Assembly (NCBI GenBank): GCA_013239625.1
Contig: MU053448.1
Coordinates: 124,001-188,000 of the forward strand
Source: Lama guanicoe
Lineage: Eukaryota
Length of the DNA: 64,000 bases
Reading direction: 5' to 3'
How positions within the stretch are numbered: position 1 is the first letter of the stretch; the number at the start of each line of letters is the position of its first letter. The notes beneath the pieces are model-generated. The model made no database searches. It had not been told where the DNA came from and was given only the letters and a program-made list of their open reading frames with translations. Position numbers and translations under genes: made by a program. This document shows positions 25,893-38,149 of the stretch, piece after piece.

Positions 25893-26984
25893 GTGAGTAT
25901 CATGCTGAAATGTCACAGCTTTATGTTTCCTTGTAACTAAGTCCACACGTTATTGCTTTGGTACTGATTTCATGAAGAATTAGCGTTTTTCACCATTTCT
26001 AACCTGGAAAGCCCCTCGGCAGTTGAATTTTACCCCAGTTACAGTGGTGTGAGTGGATCAGTTGAGACTGAAGACCTGTTTTCTTGTTTATCACTTGGTA
26101 CAGCAGTGGATTTCCAAAACCATCGTTAAAGCAGACGGCAGAATAGGTTTCAGTCACCCTTCACTGTCATGTGTGGCCTTTGTAACAACTATTCCTTTCA
26201 AAAGATAGGGGGTTTTTTGGTGGGGAGGGGTGGGGGCTTGTTTTGTTTTTAGCAATTTTAAAACTCCCAGTGCTGCCTCTTACACAAAGAAGTACAGGCC
26301 TGACAGTTGAGAACACAGCATGTGTGAAGCAGACAGAGGTCTGTGGGCCGAGTCCTGGGGAAAAGGGAGCTGGTTGATCTGCAGAGACAGAGGGCGAAGT
26401 AGCATCTCTCTGCAGCTTTTTTTTTGGAAAAGAATTCAGGGCTTATTTTTCCCCCTATTTCTGCATATTCAAATTGTGATATGCTCATTAAGAGTAGCTA
26501 AACGTGTTTTGAAACACTGTTAGGGTAACAGTGAGAGAATGCCGAATAAGCAAACAAACAAAAACATATTTTGTTTAATCCTATCAAAAAGTTGTGAATG
26601 CAAAGAAGTCTTAAATTCTGGGATGATGTGAGTCCTTAAGTGCTGAGCTGCTGCACCTGCAGTATGGACAGGTGGGGAGTGACCGGCCAGAGGCACGTAG
26701 ACCTCACCAGATAGAGAAACCTGCCGAGCATGGGTGATGTGTGTGTGGCGGACTGGAATCCCAGGCGCCGGGATCCCAGAGCCAGCCCCCCTGACCCCCA
26801 GCCCTCCCGTGTGGGCTTTGTAAGTGGCCACGTGGAAGCTGGGGGCCAGGTGGGAAAACAGAGAGAGCGCTATAATCTCACAGAGCTCAGATCCCTGTGT
26901 GCCTGTGTCAGGAGTGTGTCAGAACTGAGCCCACAGTGAAGAGGCGTTCTCTTACTATGCATGTATTTAAAAACAAACAAGTGA

Positions 26985-27160
26985 GGGGGGAGGGTATAGC
27001 TCAGTGGTAGGGTGTGTGCTTAGCATGCACGGGGTCCTGGGTTCAACCCCCAGTGCCTCCATTAAAAATCAATTAATCTATCTATTTAATTACCTCCCCC
27101 CTAAAACAAACAAAAAAAGCAATAAAAAATTTTCTTAAAAATCAAAAAAAATTTTTTAAA
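26985..27160 (+). mobile_element. tRNA-derived SINE (Vic-1-like)
   Basis: ggggggagggtatagctcagtggtag..ctgggttcaacccccagtgcctcc plus A-rich tail. Confidence 0.85.
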
Positions 27161-27640
27161 TAAGTGTCGTACGCCCCTGCTGCCACCTCTTAGTCCCCTC
27201 CTCCCCAAAAAAAACCTGTTAGAAATGTGTTAGAGGAAACATTGGTGCATTTGTTCATTTTTGCACTGGAGGACTATTATACAAGTAGATTCCATTTATA
27301 GGTTAGAACATGGCATTTTGTTATTAATTGAGTCCAGATTTTTTAACATTTGGAAGAATGATTGGCACAGATTTTTGTTTTCGAAAACTAAAATGATCTG
27401 AAACAGAAATTAATACTTTTTCAATTTGTATTTAAATAATGAAGATGATCATCTTTATTATAAGTTAAAAATCAGTGTTTTAATTAAAAGTAGAAAATGT
27501 GTCTAAATACTTTCCAGGTTTGAATTTATTAAAGCCTCATTCAGACATTTTCAAATACTTAAACCTATTTTGTGGTGACAAGGGACAGACTGGGATTTTA
27601 AAACGTAGTATATGTAACCTTGTTTTCATTCCTCCCACAG

Positions 27641-27687
27641 TGGAGTCTCTAGCACTGTCGCTCATGGCTGGCATGGAACAAAGCTAA
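27641..27687 (+). CDS. TUBGCP5: TUBGCP5 last coding exon (23): (L)ESLALSLMAGMEQS*
   Basis: cccacag| acceptor; TAA at 27685-27687; C-terminus matches recalled GCP5. Confidence 0.95.
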
Positions 27688-28002
27688 ACATCTCCAGTGC
27701 GGTAAAGATCTCAGATTTAATCTTCATCCAGATACATTTCGACCACGTGCAGCTAAGAAACGGAAATCTATTTTGGTTCATTTTAAAAAACTGTTGTCTG
27801 CTATCTAGACAAATGTTTTTGGTGATTTCTCTGAAAATTATTGGTTAGTATATAGGGTTATGTGTGTAAAATTGTGTCAATAATGCAAAGTGTATATAAG
27901 CTGTTTACATTTATATTTCCTACTGTAAGCTGCAGATTTATGGTATTGATACCTTTAAATATAAAATATATCATTTTTGAAAATGTAATTATTAATATTA
28001 AA

Positions 28003-28183
28003 AATAAATTAAAGCATTTTAAAGTATTTCATTCCCCTTTTGCTCAGTCACAGAAGTTTTCGCAGAGAGTTTTACATGCTCTCTTCCCTAAAGCTTGTGT
28101 TAGATTCGGCAGTCTGAAAAGAAGTATTTTTTTGTGCCTGGGAACTTCCAAAATGGAAAATAGCTTCAACCAGTGTCAATAAA
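28003..28183 (+). terminator. Candidate TUBGCP5 polyadenylation signals
   Basis: AATAAA at 28003-28008 (overlapping ATTAAA 28008-28013) and AATAAA at 28178-28183, 0.3-0.5 kb past the stop in an AT-rich 3'UTR. Confidence 0.6.
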
Positions 28184-29354
28184 TGAAAAAGCCAGCTTCA
28201 CTTAGGGCCATCTGTTGGCACATCCTATTAGTTGGCATTTGTGAGTAATTTTTATGAGTTAACCAGTTACATCTGAATTACAATTGCGTTTACCATTCAG
28301 TTTGCCCACATTTTCTTTCTATACTTCTTGGCACGTCTTTAGCACTTACGACTCAGCACTGCACTTACTACTTATTTTTTAAGAACAGCTGCTAAACTCC
28401 AGATAGCCTGAGAGCTGAACGCCAGGGCCCGTCCCCCTCGACACAGCCTCGTTCCCCTTGCAGCATCAGCATTTCCTCGCGCAGAGGCCAGGTCTGCTAG
28501 CAGCCCCTCCTGGGGGCCAGCTGGCTCTCGGGCTTCACGCTGAAGTCTTGGAAGAAATTTACCGAGGAGGCCTTCAAATCTCAGGGATGAGAGGTGACTT
28601 TCAGGTCTCAGGGACACGCTGCAGTATAACCTACCAGCTGTGCGATACGGGAGGCGCCTTGTGGCCTGGTCCTGTCAGTCAGAGCCCTGTAGGAATGGAC
28701 GGGAGCCTCTGCTCTCTTCCAGGTGTCACGATGGAGCTCTTTTGGTAAATGCCATGATGTACGTTAAATTGCCCTCTCCTCTGTGTGGAAGAGGTTGGAT
28801 CCCTCTTACTTTTTAATTTTTCTGGTGGTTCTTTTTGGTATCTTATGATCTTACGGTTTTCCCAGTTGGGCACATAAGAAGCTTGGAAGTCATCACTCCC
28901 ATCTTTGAAACCAGAAAAAAAGCTGCACAAACTGGAAATCAGTCACTCTTCTTAGATCCTTCAGACTTGAGGCCACAGGGCAAACTGCTGCCCCAGAAGC
29001 AGAGAGAAGCTGATGCAGAGAATCACGTGGCAGCAGAGCAGCCGCACAGCTCTGCGGGGGCCGGTGCCGGGAGCTGCGGGCTCGGCTGGCAGACCACCGA
29101 GGCTCCACGTGGACAAGACTCTCGGTTAAAGACTCCAGGGGCCCAAACTTGGGCGGGTGGGGCCCACTTCTGTGAGTTTTAGGAGCACTACCGGGCTCTC
29201 CCAGTGAAGATCAGAGGGAAGTCCTCTTGTGCTCCTGGCAGGAAGACGGGAACTGTGTCCATTTTGCAGCAGGCCTGGGAGTGCTGTTTTCAGTGATGCC
29301 CAAGTCAAGGGAAACTGAGCAGAGCCTAACCCCTTCTGGTCTTTCTGTGTCACC

Positions 29355-29381
29355 TGTGTGTGTGTGTGTATGTGTGTGTGT
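29355..29381. repeat. (TG)n microsatellite, one interruption
   Basis: tgtgtgtgtgtgtgtatgtgtgtgtg. Confidence 0.9.
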
Positions 29382-29929
29382 GGAGGGGAGATGACTGAGA
29401 AGCACCTGTGACGATCCCAGCACGCGGCACAGGCTCACTACAAGACAGGACAACGCGGCAGGGTGCCTTCCCTCCCCGACACCTGCTGCCCCGTCAGCAG
29501 GGCTCCTGGGGAACGGGTCCACCACAAAAGGCCTGTAGACTAAAACTCTCTTTAACAAGAAGTCCCTGGGAAACCTGACCACAGCAGAAGACAAAAACCA
29601 AGAGATTAGAAGGAAATTTTAGCCTCTGACGCCTACAACTATAGAAAAAACAGCAGTCTGACTGCAACCCCAGATAAAACTAAAATGTCGCGCTGAAGGC
29701 CTGTTTGTCTCATGTCCTTTTACCTCGTACATCATGCCCAACTTCTAACAAAATTACACAACATACTAAAAAGCAAACAGATTGAAGAGACAGAGTAAGC
29801 CTCAGAACCAGACTCAGACTTGGCAGAGGCGCTGGGATGACCAGGCTGGGGTTTAACACACCCGTGGTTAATAAGCCAAGGGCCCTGGTGGGAGACACGG
29901 CAGACGGCCCTCCTGAGGCACCACCGCCC

Positions 29930-30540
29930 TGTCTTGATCACCGCTGCTGGGTGGGAAGGTGTGAAGTCAGGAAATGTGATTCCTTTGGTTTTGTTCTTTT
30001 TCAAGATTGTTTTGGCTCTTCCGGCTCCTTTGCATTTCAATACAGATTTTAGGAACAGCTTGTCAATTCCACAAAAAGGCCGTTGGAATTTTGACAGGGT
30101 TAGCATTCTGTCGGCAGACCAACTGGGGAAATGTTTCCGTTTTCACAATAGTTAATTTCTAACCCATGAGCATGTCTTTGTTCTTGACTTAGATCTTCTT
30201 TAATTTTTTTCCAACAATTTAAAAATTTTCAGTGTGCTGGATTTATATCGTTATTTATTCCTTTTGCTGTTGTTGATGCTGTTGTAAGTGGGGTTGTTTT
30301 CTTCATTTTATTTTTTAATTGGTCATTGCGAGTATGCGGAAACAAACAGGTTTTTGTGTGTTAGTCCTTATCCTGCAACTGCTGGACTTGCTTATTAGCT
30401 CTAATATATGTGTGTGTCTGTTCCTTAGGATTTTCTGTACACAAGTTTGTGCCATCTACAAATAGTTTTACTTCTTTCCTTCCAGTATGGATGACCTACG
30501 TCATTTTCACACCCCATTTCCCTGGCCAGAACCTCCACTA
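29930..30540 (-). mobile_element. Old L1 ORF2 fragment
   Basis: gaagtcaggaaatgtgattcctttggttttgttctttttcaagattgttttggct..; ORF 29732..30106 contains KTILKKNKTKGITFPDF, an L1 ORF2-like peptide. Confidence 0.75.
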
Positions 30541-30609
30541 CTAAAAAGAGACACTGTCCTTAAAATCGAGAAGGACTGCCATTACCATTAAGAGAATGCA
30601 ATTATATGA

Positions 30610-30880
30610 AAATTCTTATTCACATAAAAAGTGACTTGCTGAAACCAAGGCAAAAAGTAAATTTAATGAAATGAAGATTTGAAGTTGTAAATTATTTCTG
30701 CTTTTCTACTAAGCCAGGCATTAAAGAGATTTCAAAAAATGGAAAACAATACCACTCTCTCACTAACGTTCTTTGTTTTGGAAACAATTATTTTTCATAA
30801 AAATATATTATTTATGTTAACATGTAATAGGTTTATTGCAGTTATTTTTAAGTAAATAAATAAATCTAAATTTTCTCAAA
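30610..30880. mobile_element. hAT-Charlie-like DNA transposon relic
   Basis: aagccaggcattaaagagatttcaaaaaatggaaaacaataccactctctcactaa resembles recalled Charlie-type consensus. Confidence 0.5.
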
Positions 30881-33548
30881 AAAAAATTATTCCTGCTTTT
30901 ATTTTTATTACCCCAGCTTGCCCAATTGACTGAACTCAATGTCCTATAAAGTTACTCTTTCATATTTTGCTGTCAATTTTGTTATGAAGATAAAATTGTC
31001 AGGTGAGAAGGTAAAACATACTTTATTAGTTTTTAACTTGATTGACAAATTCATACACTCAAGTCTATGACCCTCTTGCCCCAGATTAATTTCACCTGGA
31101 TTGGTAAATATCTTTATGCCAAATTGCCTTAGATCACCCCTTCATCTCTATTAAGGTTCTTGCTTTTACTTGCTAGAAGCATAATTCTTACTATTTTGTC
31201 AGCTGTGCTTAAGATTTTAAGCTTTCTAAAGAACATTTAAACCAGCACATTTAGTTGTTTTCAATGAAAAAATTTGTTCTGAAAAACCTCGCCTGCCAAT
31301 AACCAAAATAAGTCTCCCATTTAAAGGAAATGAATTACTCTAGAAATAAGCCTCCCAAATACGGTAGCAATAAATAAGCTGCAGTCTGGCACCTGTCCAT
31401 TGTGACTTTGAGTTTATACATAAGATATTTTTCACTCCAAATATAAAAATTTAAGAACTAAAGAGAACTTTGAAAGTACTCTATACAACTTTTCATTAAA
31501 AAAGAAAAGAGTCCTTCCTGCTCCAAAGATTTTTTTTTTAATTTCCCATGATTTCCCTTATGAACTTTTCATTTTTATATTTAAACATTTGTTCCATCTA
31601 GAATTTATCTTGATGTAGAGTGTAATGTGTGAGACCAACTTGGGAGTGATTTCCTAGGTGAACTGATCCGGGAAGGCCTCCTTGAGTAGGTGTCTTTCAA
31701 AAGTCGTGTCATGTCAGTTGTGTAAAATGGGGTGGGAGGAATGAGCCTGGCACGTCCATGACAACACAAGACCTTGTGGCTGGAGCACAGAGAGCAAGGG
31801 GCATGGCCAGGAGACAGGCTTGGAGAGGTAGGTGGGCTGTGTCTTGCTGATGGATCAGCTGTGGGGGTTGAGAGGAGAAGTCCAGGAGGAGCCCCTGCGG
31901 ACAGGAAGCTGGTGCCCCCGACAGAGCTAAAACTGCTATTTGCCAGTGGCCTTCCAAGTGCAGTTTATGTACTCTTGGGGTACATGACTCCACATGTTAT
32001 GTGGGCATGGAAAGTTTAAAGGAATTTCTACCTGTCAGTCCTAGAATTAGGATTCAGAAGTGACATGGTTGGCCTGGGCTAACACCTGTGAAATTAAAAG
32101 ATGAAATCAGACATTTTTCTGACGGGAAGTAATCTGACTTGACTAAGTCAATCAGGATGGTTTTGTCAGTGAGGTTCTGTCAATGGCATTAGACATAAGG
32201 CTGTTTACCATAAATTGCGTAGGTAATGTGTAGCTTTAAATTTAATGACAATGTATTTAAAGCATTTGTGATAAACTAACAGAGCAGAAATTTTCCCCTT
32301 TGCAAAGATTTTAAATATAAACGAGGTGTCAACTTTAAAATGTTACGAGAGGATACAGATTTATAAAATTTTTATTTAGGAGACAAAATGTTTGAAGAAC
32401 ACTGAGTTGGAGCATAGGCTCAACTTCTGTAAAACAGATCAAAACACATTTCCATGAGGAAACAGAAGTTCATTCTCTTTCCCATGACAGTGCAGATGTC
32501 CAGGGTGGTTCAGGGCGACTGAGCGCCTCTGCGCCATGAGGGTGAGGATGCAGGTTCCTTCCAGCTTCTTGCTCCGCCCCTGCCTATGGTAGTGCGCTTA
32601 TAACCAGAGCTGGGGGTAGCATTCTGCCCACCTTCCAGCCCACGGGGAGAAAGAGAGGAAGCAGAGACAAGCATCTGTCCTACGTGTCATACCTAGGGGC
32701 AAGGGGGCTGAGAATTTAGCTGAAGGACCTAGAGTTCCAGCCTGTTTCAAATACTGAGGTATAATTTACCTGTGCTCATTTCACTCTGATAAGACTGATC
32801 TGGGATCCAAAGTTTTCTATCTCAGAAAATGCTCTATATGCTTCTGCTTTGGGTTAGGATATAAAGGACACTAAAGACCTTCACTTCTGTGGTTAACAAG
32901 AAAAAAATAAGACAAAACAAAATTTGTCCTTTCCTATGGGATTAGTCCAGACTGTGTACAGAAACCTTGAGCTGAATTTTAGAGAGAAACAAGCCCTAAG
33001 AGAGCAAAGAGCTATGCAGCTTGCATACCCTGGGAGGGATGAACGGTGACAGTGTGGGCTGGCAAGAGGACCCTGTCGGCCACAGATGGAGAGAACACTC
33101 AGGGAGGAGGAGACAAACCTTGAGTCTTTGCCAAGCAGTGCGGTCTGGTAGGATTGCATGGAAAGTGAAACCTGCAAATGCAAAATCAATTGCTTGTCCC
33201 AACAGTTTTCTCCCCGGGTCCTGCCCAAATTTTGCTAAAAAGGTGGCAGGAGATAAAAAGCTGGGAGTGGAGGAGTCCTATGCATTCTGAATGATTCTAT
33301 TCTGGAGATCTAACAAGGCTAATCCAAATGTGAACCAAAAATATCTGAAACTGCAGCCCGACCCCTCCCAGTTCAGATACTCACAAGATAAAAAGGTAGT
33401 GGTATTGGAGGTTAGACACTGGGAACCACAGCTAATTTCAGTATGACTAGGGAGGCCCAGGTGCAATTCAATTCAAATCTAGGTGGAATCTGAGGAATCC
33501 TTTCCCGTCCCCAAATATAAGACTCAGATTCTAACACTCTCATTCTCC

Positions 33549-33700
33549 TTTTTTTTTTTAATTGAAGTATAGTCATTTACAATGTGTCTATTTCTGGTGT
33601 ACAGCATAATGTCCCAGTCATGCATATATATGTATACATATGTTCATTTTCATATTCTTTATCATTAAAAATTATTACAAGATATTGAATATAGTTCTCT
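33549..33700 (-). mobile_element. L1 3' terminal fragment
   Basis: T12-aattgaagtatagtcatttacaatgtg...gatattgaatatagttctctg. Confidence 0.8.
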
Positions 33701-34606
33701 GTTACTCCCATTCTGATGTGAGTGTGTGCGTGTTTTCCCACACCAAACAATTCTGACACCAGCTGGCTTACAGTTCAACTCAATTCTGACACTAACGACC
33801 TGCAGATAGACTCCGATCCCACAGGTTAAGGACTCAGCCCCCAAGACTGCCCCATACCTTACTGCGGATGCCAGTCACAAGTCCAGGTTGTCACCTGTGC
33901 TTCTGAAGGACCAGCTGTAAATCAGAGGTGCCCACGACTCCCTTCTTGGGTTTGATTAATTTGCTGGAGTGGTTCACAAAACTCAGAGAAACATTATACT
34001 TACTAGATTACTGGCTTATTATGAAAGAATATAATTTAGCAACAGCCAGATGGAAGAGATAGGTAGGGTACGGCATGGGGAAAGGACGTGGAGCTTCCAT
34101 GCGCTCTAAGCGTGTCACTCTCCCAGCACCTCCACGTGTTCACCAACCCGGAAGCTCTCTGAACTCCATCCTTTTTAGGTCTCCACAGAGTGTTCATTAC
34201 ATGGACATGACTGATTAAATTATTGGCCGTTGGCGACTGAACTCAGTCTCCAGCCCCTCTCCCCTCTAATCACATGGTTGTTTCCTCTGGTGACCAGCTT
34301 CCACCCTTAGGTTACCAAGAAGATTTCCAAAAATCACCTCATTAACACAAAGAAAGTGGAAAAATATCTTTAAAGTATTGAAAAAGACCCCAGGTTCTAA
34401 TGATGGCAGAGTGGTGCACATTGGACTAAAATTTATGCCAATAATGATGAAGTCTGAACAAAATTTTTAAATGATACTAAAAAAATAAACAAACAATACT
34501 TTATTGCTCTCATCACAGGAAATCCTAAGGATTTTAGGAGCTCTGTGCCAGGAACAGAGATATAGATCAAATATATATATTTCTTATCATAAATCATAAT
34601 ATCACA
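33700..34606 (-). mobile_element. MER21-like LTR with an internal insert of about 140 bp
   Basis: Minus strand begins tgtgatattatgatttatgataagaaatatatatatttg..ttcctggcacagagctcctaaaatcc, a recalled MER21 5' end. Confidence 0.65.
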
Positions 34607-35194
34607 AGGACAGACAGAGTTGCATTCTATAGGAAACAAAACAAAGCAATACCAGTGTTCAGTGCTCTTTTTATAAGCAATGCCTAAAATGCCATTTAAA
34701 ACTAAAATGGCTAAGTGTAACCCTATATAACAAAACATGACTCATAATCAAGGAAAAACATAGTCACTGGAAGCACATCCACAATGGACTCAGTTGTTAA
34801 AATTAGCAGACAAGTACTCTGAAACAAGTATTATAAATGTATTGAAAAATGTGCAGGACTAGATGGCATACATGGTGAAGAATATAGATATTTCAGGAAG
34901 GAAATGGGAGGTCTAAAAAAAGGAAGCTTTAAAACTATAAATTACATATCCTGAAACTTAAAAATTTATTAGATGAATTTATGAGCAACTCTGCTGACAC
35001 TCAAAACAAAAAGCTTAATAAAGCTGAAGACATCACTAAACATTACAGAAGGAAGAGAGAGACAGAAATTGGAAATGAAAAAGTATCAATAATTTGTGTG
35101 ATAATATCATGTAATCCAACATATATGTAAGTGATGACCTAGAAGGAAAGGACAGAGAGAATGTGCCAGAAAAATGTCTTAAGAAACAGTGTCC

Positions 35195-37145
35195 TACGTA
35201 GTACTACCCAAAACGATCACATATTTAATGTGATCTCTTTCCAATTATTCATGACATTTTTCACAGAAATAGAACAAACAACCCTAAAATTTGTATGGAA
35301 CCATAAAAGACGCAGAATTGCCAAAGCAATCTGAGGAAAAAGAACAAAGCTGGAGGCATAACCCTCCCAGACTTCAGACAATACTACAGAGCTACAGTAA
35401 TCAAAACAGCATGGTACTGGCTCAAAAACAGACATATGGATCAATGGAACAAAATAGAGAACCCAGAAATAAACCCATACATCTGCAGCCAATCAATGTG
35501 CAACAAAGGAGGCAAGCATCTACAATGGAGTAAAGACAGTCTCTTCAGCAAGTGGTGTAGGGATGACTGGACAGCTGCATGGAAATCAGTGAAGTTAGAA
35601 CACTCTCTCACACTGTACACAAAAATAAACTCAAAATGGCTTAAAGACTTAAACATAAGACAAGACATGATAAACCTCCCAGAAGAGAACATAGGCAAAT
35701 ATTCTCTGACATAAGTCAATGTTTTCTTAGATCAGTCTCCCAAGGTAATACAAATAAAAGCAAAAACAAACACATGGGGCCTAATGGTACTCGAAATCTT
35801 TTGCACAGCAAAGGAATCCATAAACAAACAAACAAAAAAATAACCTACAGACAGAGAAAACATTTGCAACGATGCAACTGAGAAGGGTTTAATTTCCAAA
35901 ATATACGAACAGCTCATACAACTTAATAACAAAAAAGCAAACAGCCCAATAAAAAAATGGGCAGAAGACCTAAACACACATTTCTCCAAGGAAGACATAC
36001 AGATGGAAATTAAGCACATGAAAAATGTTCAACTTCATTAATTATTAGAGAAATGCAAATCAAAACTGCAATGAGGTATCACCTCACACTGGTCATGATG
36101 GCCATCATTAAAAAGTCTACAAATGATAAATGCTGGAGAGGGTGTGGACAAAAGGGAACCCTCCTACACTGCTGGTGGGAATGTAGTTTGGTGCAGCCAT
36201 TATGGAAAACAGTACAAAGATTCCTTAAAAAACTAAAAATAGACTTATCATATCCAGCAGTACCACCCCTGGGCATATATCCAGAGGGAAGTTTAATTCA
36301 AAAAGATACAAGCATACATTGTTCATAGCAGCACCGTTTACAATACCCAAGATAGAAGCAACCTAAATGTCCATCAACAGATGACTGGATAAAGAAGATG
36401 TGTTATATAGATAGATACAATGGAATGCTACTCAGCCATAAGAAAGGATGAAATAATGCCTTTTGCAGCAACATGAGATGGACCTAGAGATTATGATACT
36501 AAGTGAAGTCAGAGAAAGACAAATATCATATGATATCACTTATATGTGGAATCTAAAAAAATTTATACAAATGAACTTATTTACAAAACACAAACAGATT
36601 CACAAAAACACACTTATGATTACCAAAGGGGAAGGTGGGGGAAAGAATTAGCCAATATAAACTACTATATATAAAATAAACATCAAGGACTTACTGTACA
36701 GCACAGGGAACTATATTCATTATCTTGTAATAACCTATAATGGAAAAAATCTGAAAAAGTATGTATTTAAATATATACATCTATATAAATGTATAACTGA
36801 ATCACTTTGCTGTACAGCTGAAACTAACACAACATTGTAAATCAACTATATTTCAATTAAAAAAAAAAAGAAACAGACTCACACACATAGAAAACAAACT
36901 TATGGTTACCAAAGGGGAAAGGCGGGAGGAGGGATAAATTAGGAGTTTGAGATTAGCAGATACAAACTACTATATATAAAATAGATAAGCAACAAGGACC
37001 TACTGTATAGCACAGGGAAATATATTCAATATCTTGTAATAAACTGTAATTGAAAAGAATCTGGAAATATATATATATGTATAACTGAATCACTTGGCTG
37101 TACAGAAACATGACATTGTAAATCAACTGTACTTCAATAAAAATT
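35195..37145 (+). mobile_element. 5'-truncated L1 (ORF2 C-terminal part plus 3'UTR) ending in two consecutive 3'UTR ends
   Basis: Broken ORF2 peptides ([43 protein letters not shown]). Tail at about 36860-36870 is followed by a second copy of the terminal ~270 bp. Confidence 0.9.
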
Positions 37146-37611
37146 TTTAAATTTTTTAAAATTCAAAGAAATAGTGGCTTAAACTTTTCTTAATTGGATA
37201 AAAATCATGAACCTACAGATCTAAGAAAGTCAATGACTCACAAGTTGGCCAAAGGAAAAGAAGGCCATACACAGGTCCCTCATAGTCAAACAGTTGAAGA
37301 TGAAAGAAAAGATAAAGTCCTAAAAAGCAGCCAGAGGGAAAGAGATCCATTACGAATGGGGTAGCAATGATAGGAATGATACTGAATCAAAGCAACGAAA
37401 ACAAATTGGAAAAAATTATTTAAAGTGTTGAGAAAGACAGCTGGTTCCAGTCACGGCAGAGTAGAGCATATTTATGCCAGTAATGATGAAGTCCAGACAA
37501 AATGTTAAAAACGGTTCCTAGAGAAAGAGAGAAGCAGAAAATTCAGGATATTTACTCCTGAGAAGGGCCCGACACTGGGTGAAACCCACATTTTCAAGAC
37601 TTCCTTTAAGA

Positions 37612-37712
37612 GCACTGCCAGATGCATGGCACTGCCAGGATGCACAGCGCTCCCAGGATGCAGGCATTCCCAGGATGCACGGCACCCCCACAATGCATGG
37701 CACTCCCAGGAT
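37612..37712. repeat. Minisatellite, about 6 copies of 17-18 bp (GCACTCCCAGGATGCAYG)
   Basis: gcactgccagatgcatg gcactgccaggatgcaca gcgctcccaggatgcag gcattcccaggatgcacg gcacccccacaatgcatg gcactcccaggatg. Confidence 0.85.
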
Positions 37713-38149
37713 GAGCAGATAGATCTCAACAGGAAAGCTGAAGTCTCACCAGCTTGGGCTCCACAACTGCCAGGAAGGCTGCAAACCTGAAGGGGAGCCC
37801 TGAAACCTACATTGCACTCCTCTCACATCCTTGATTGACTCCTAAACACGTGTATGACAAGACCTCAGAGAGTAAAAGAGTGAAATGACAGATGACAGCC
37901 AAAAGCGCTGAACAAGGACTTTGAAATATACTCCTGGGGGAGAAAGTATTAAGACCCATTAGGTTAGACTCAAATAAACAGGGAGGGGGGTGGGAAGAAA
38001 GCAAATTAAACCAAAAAAAGTTGAGGCTAGACAATGAGGAGGATAAATAGGGCAATAAAGAATGAAAAAATACTTTATGAGTTCAACATAACCAAGATAA
38101 CATATTTAAAAGAAACTGCAAGCAAAGAAAGTTATAGAAAAACACCCCT

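Noticed and set aside
37612..37712. Short repeat array as a CRISPR-like locus
   Set aside because: Units are contiguous with no unique spacers, no cas genes, and the context is eukaryotic.
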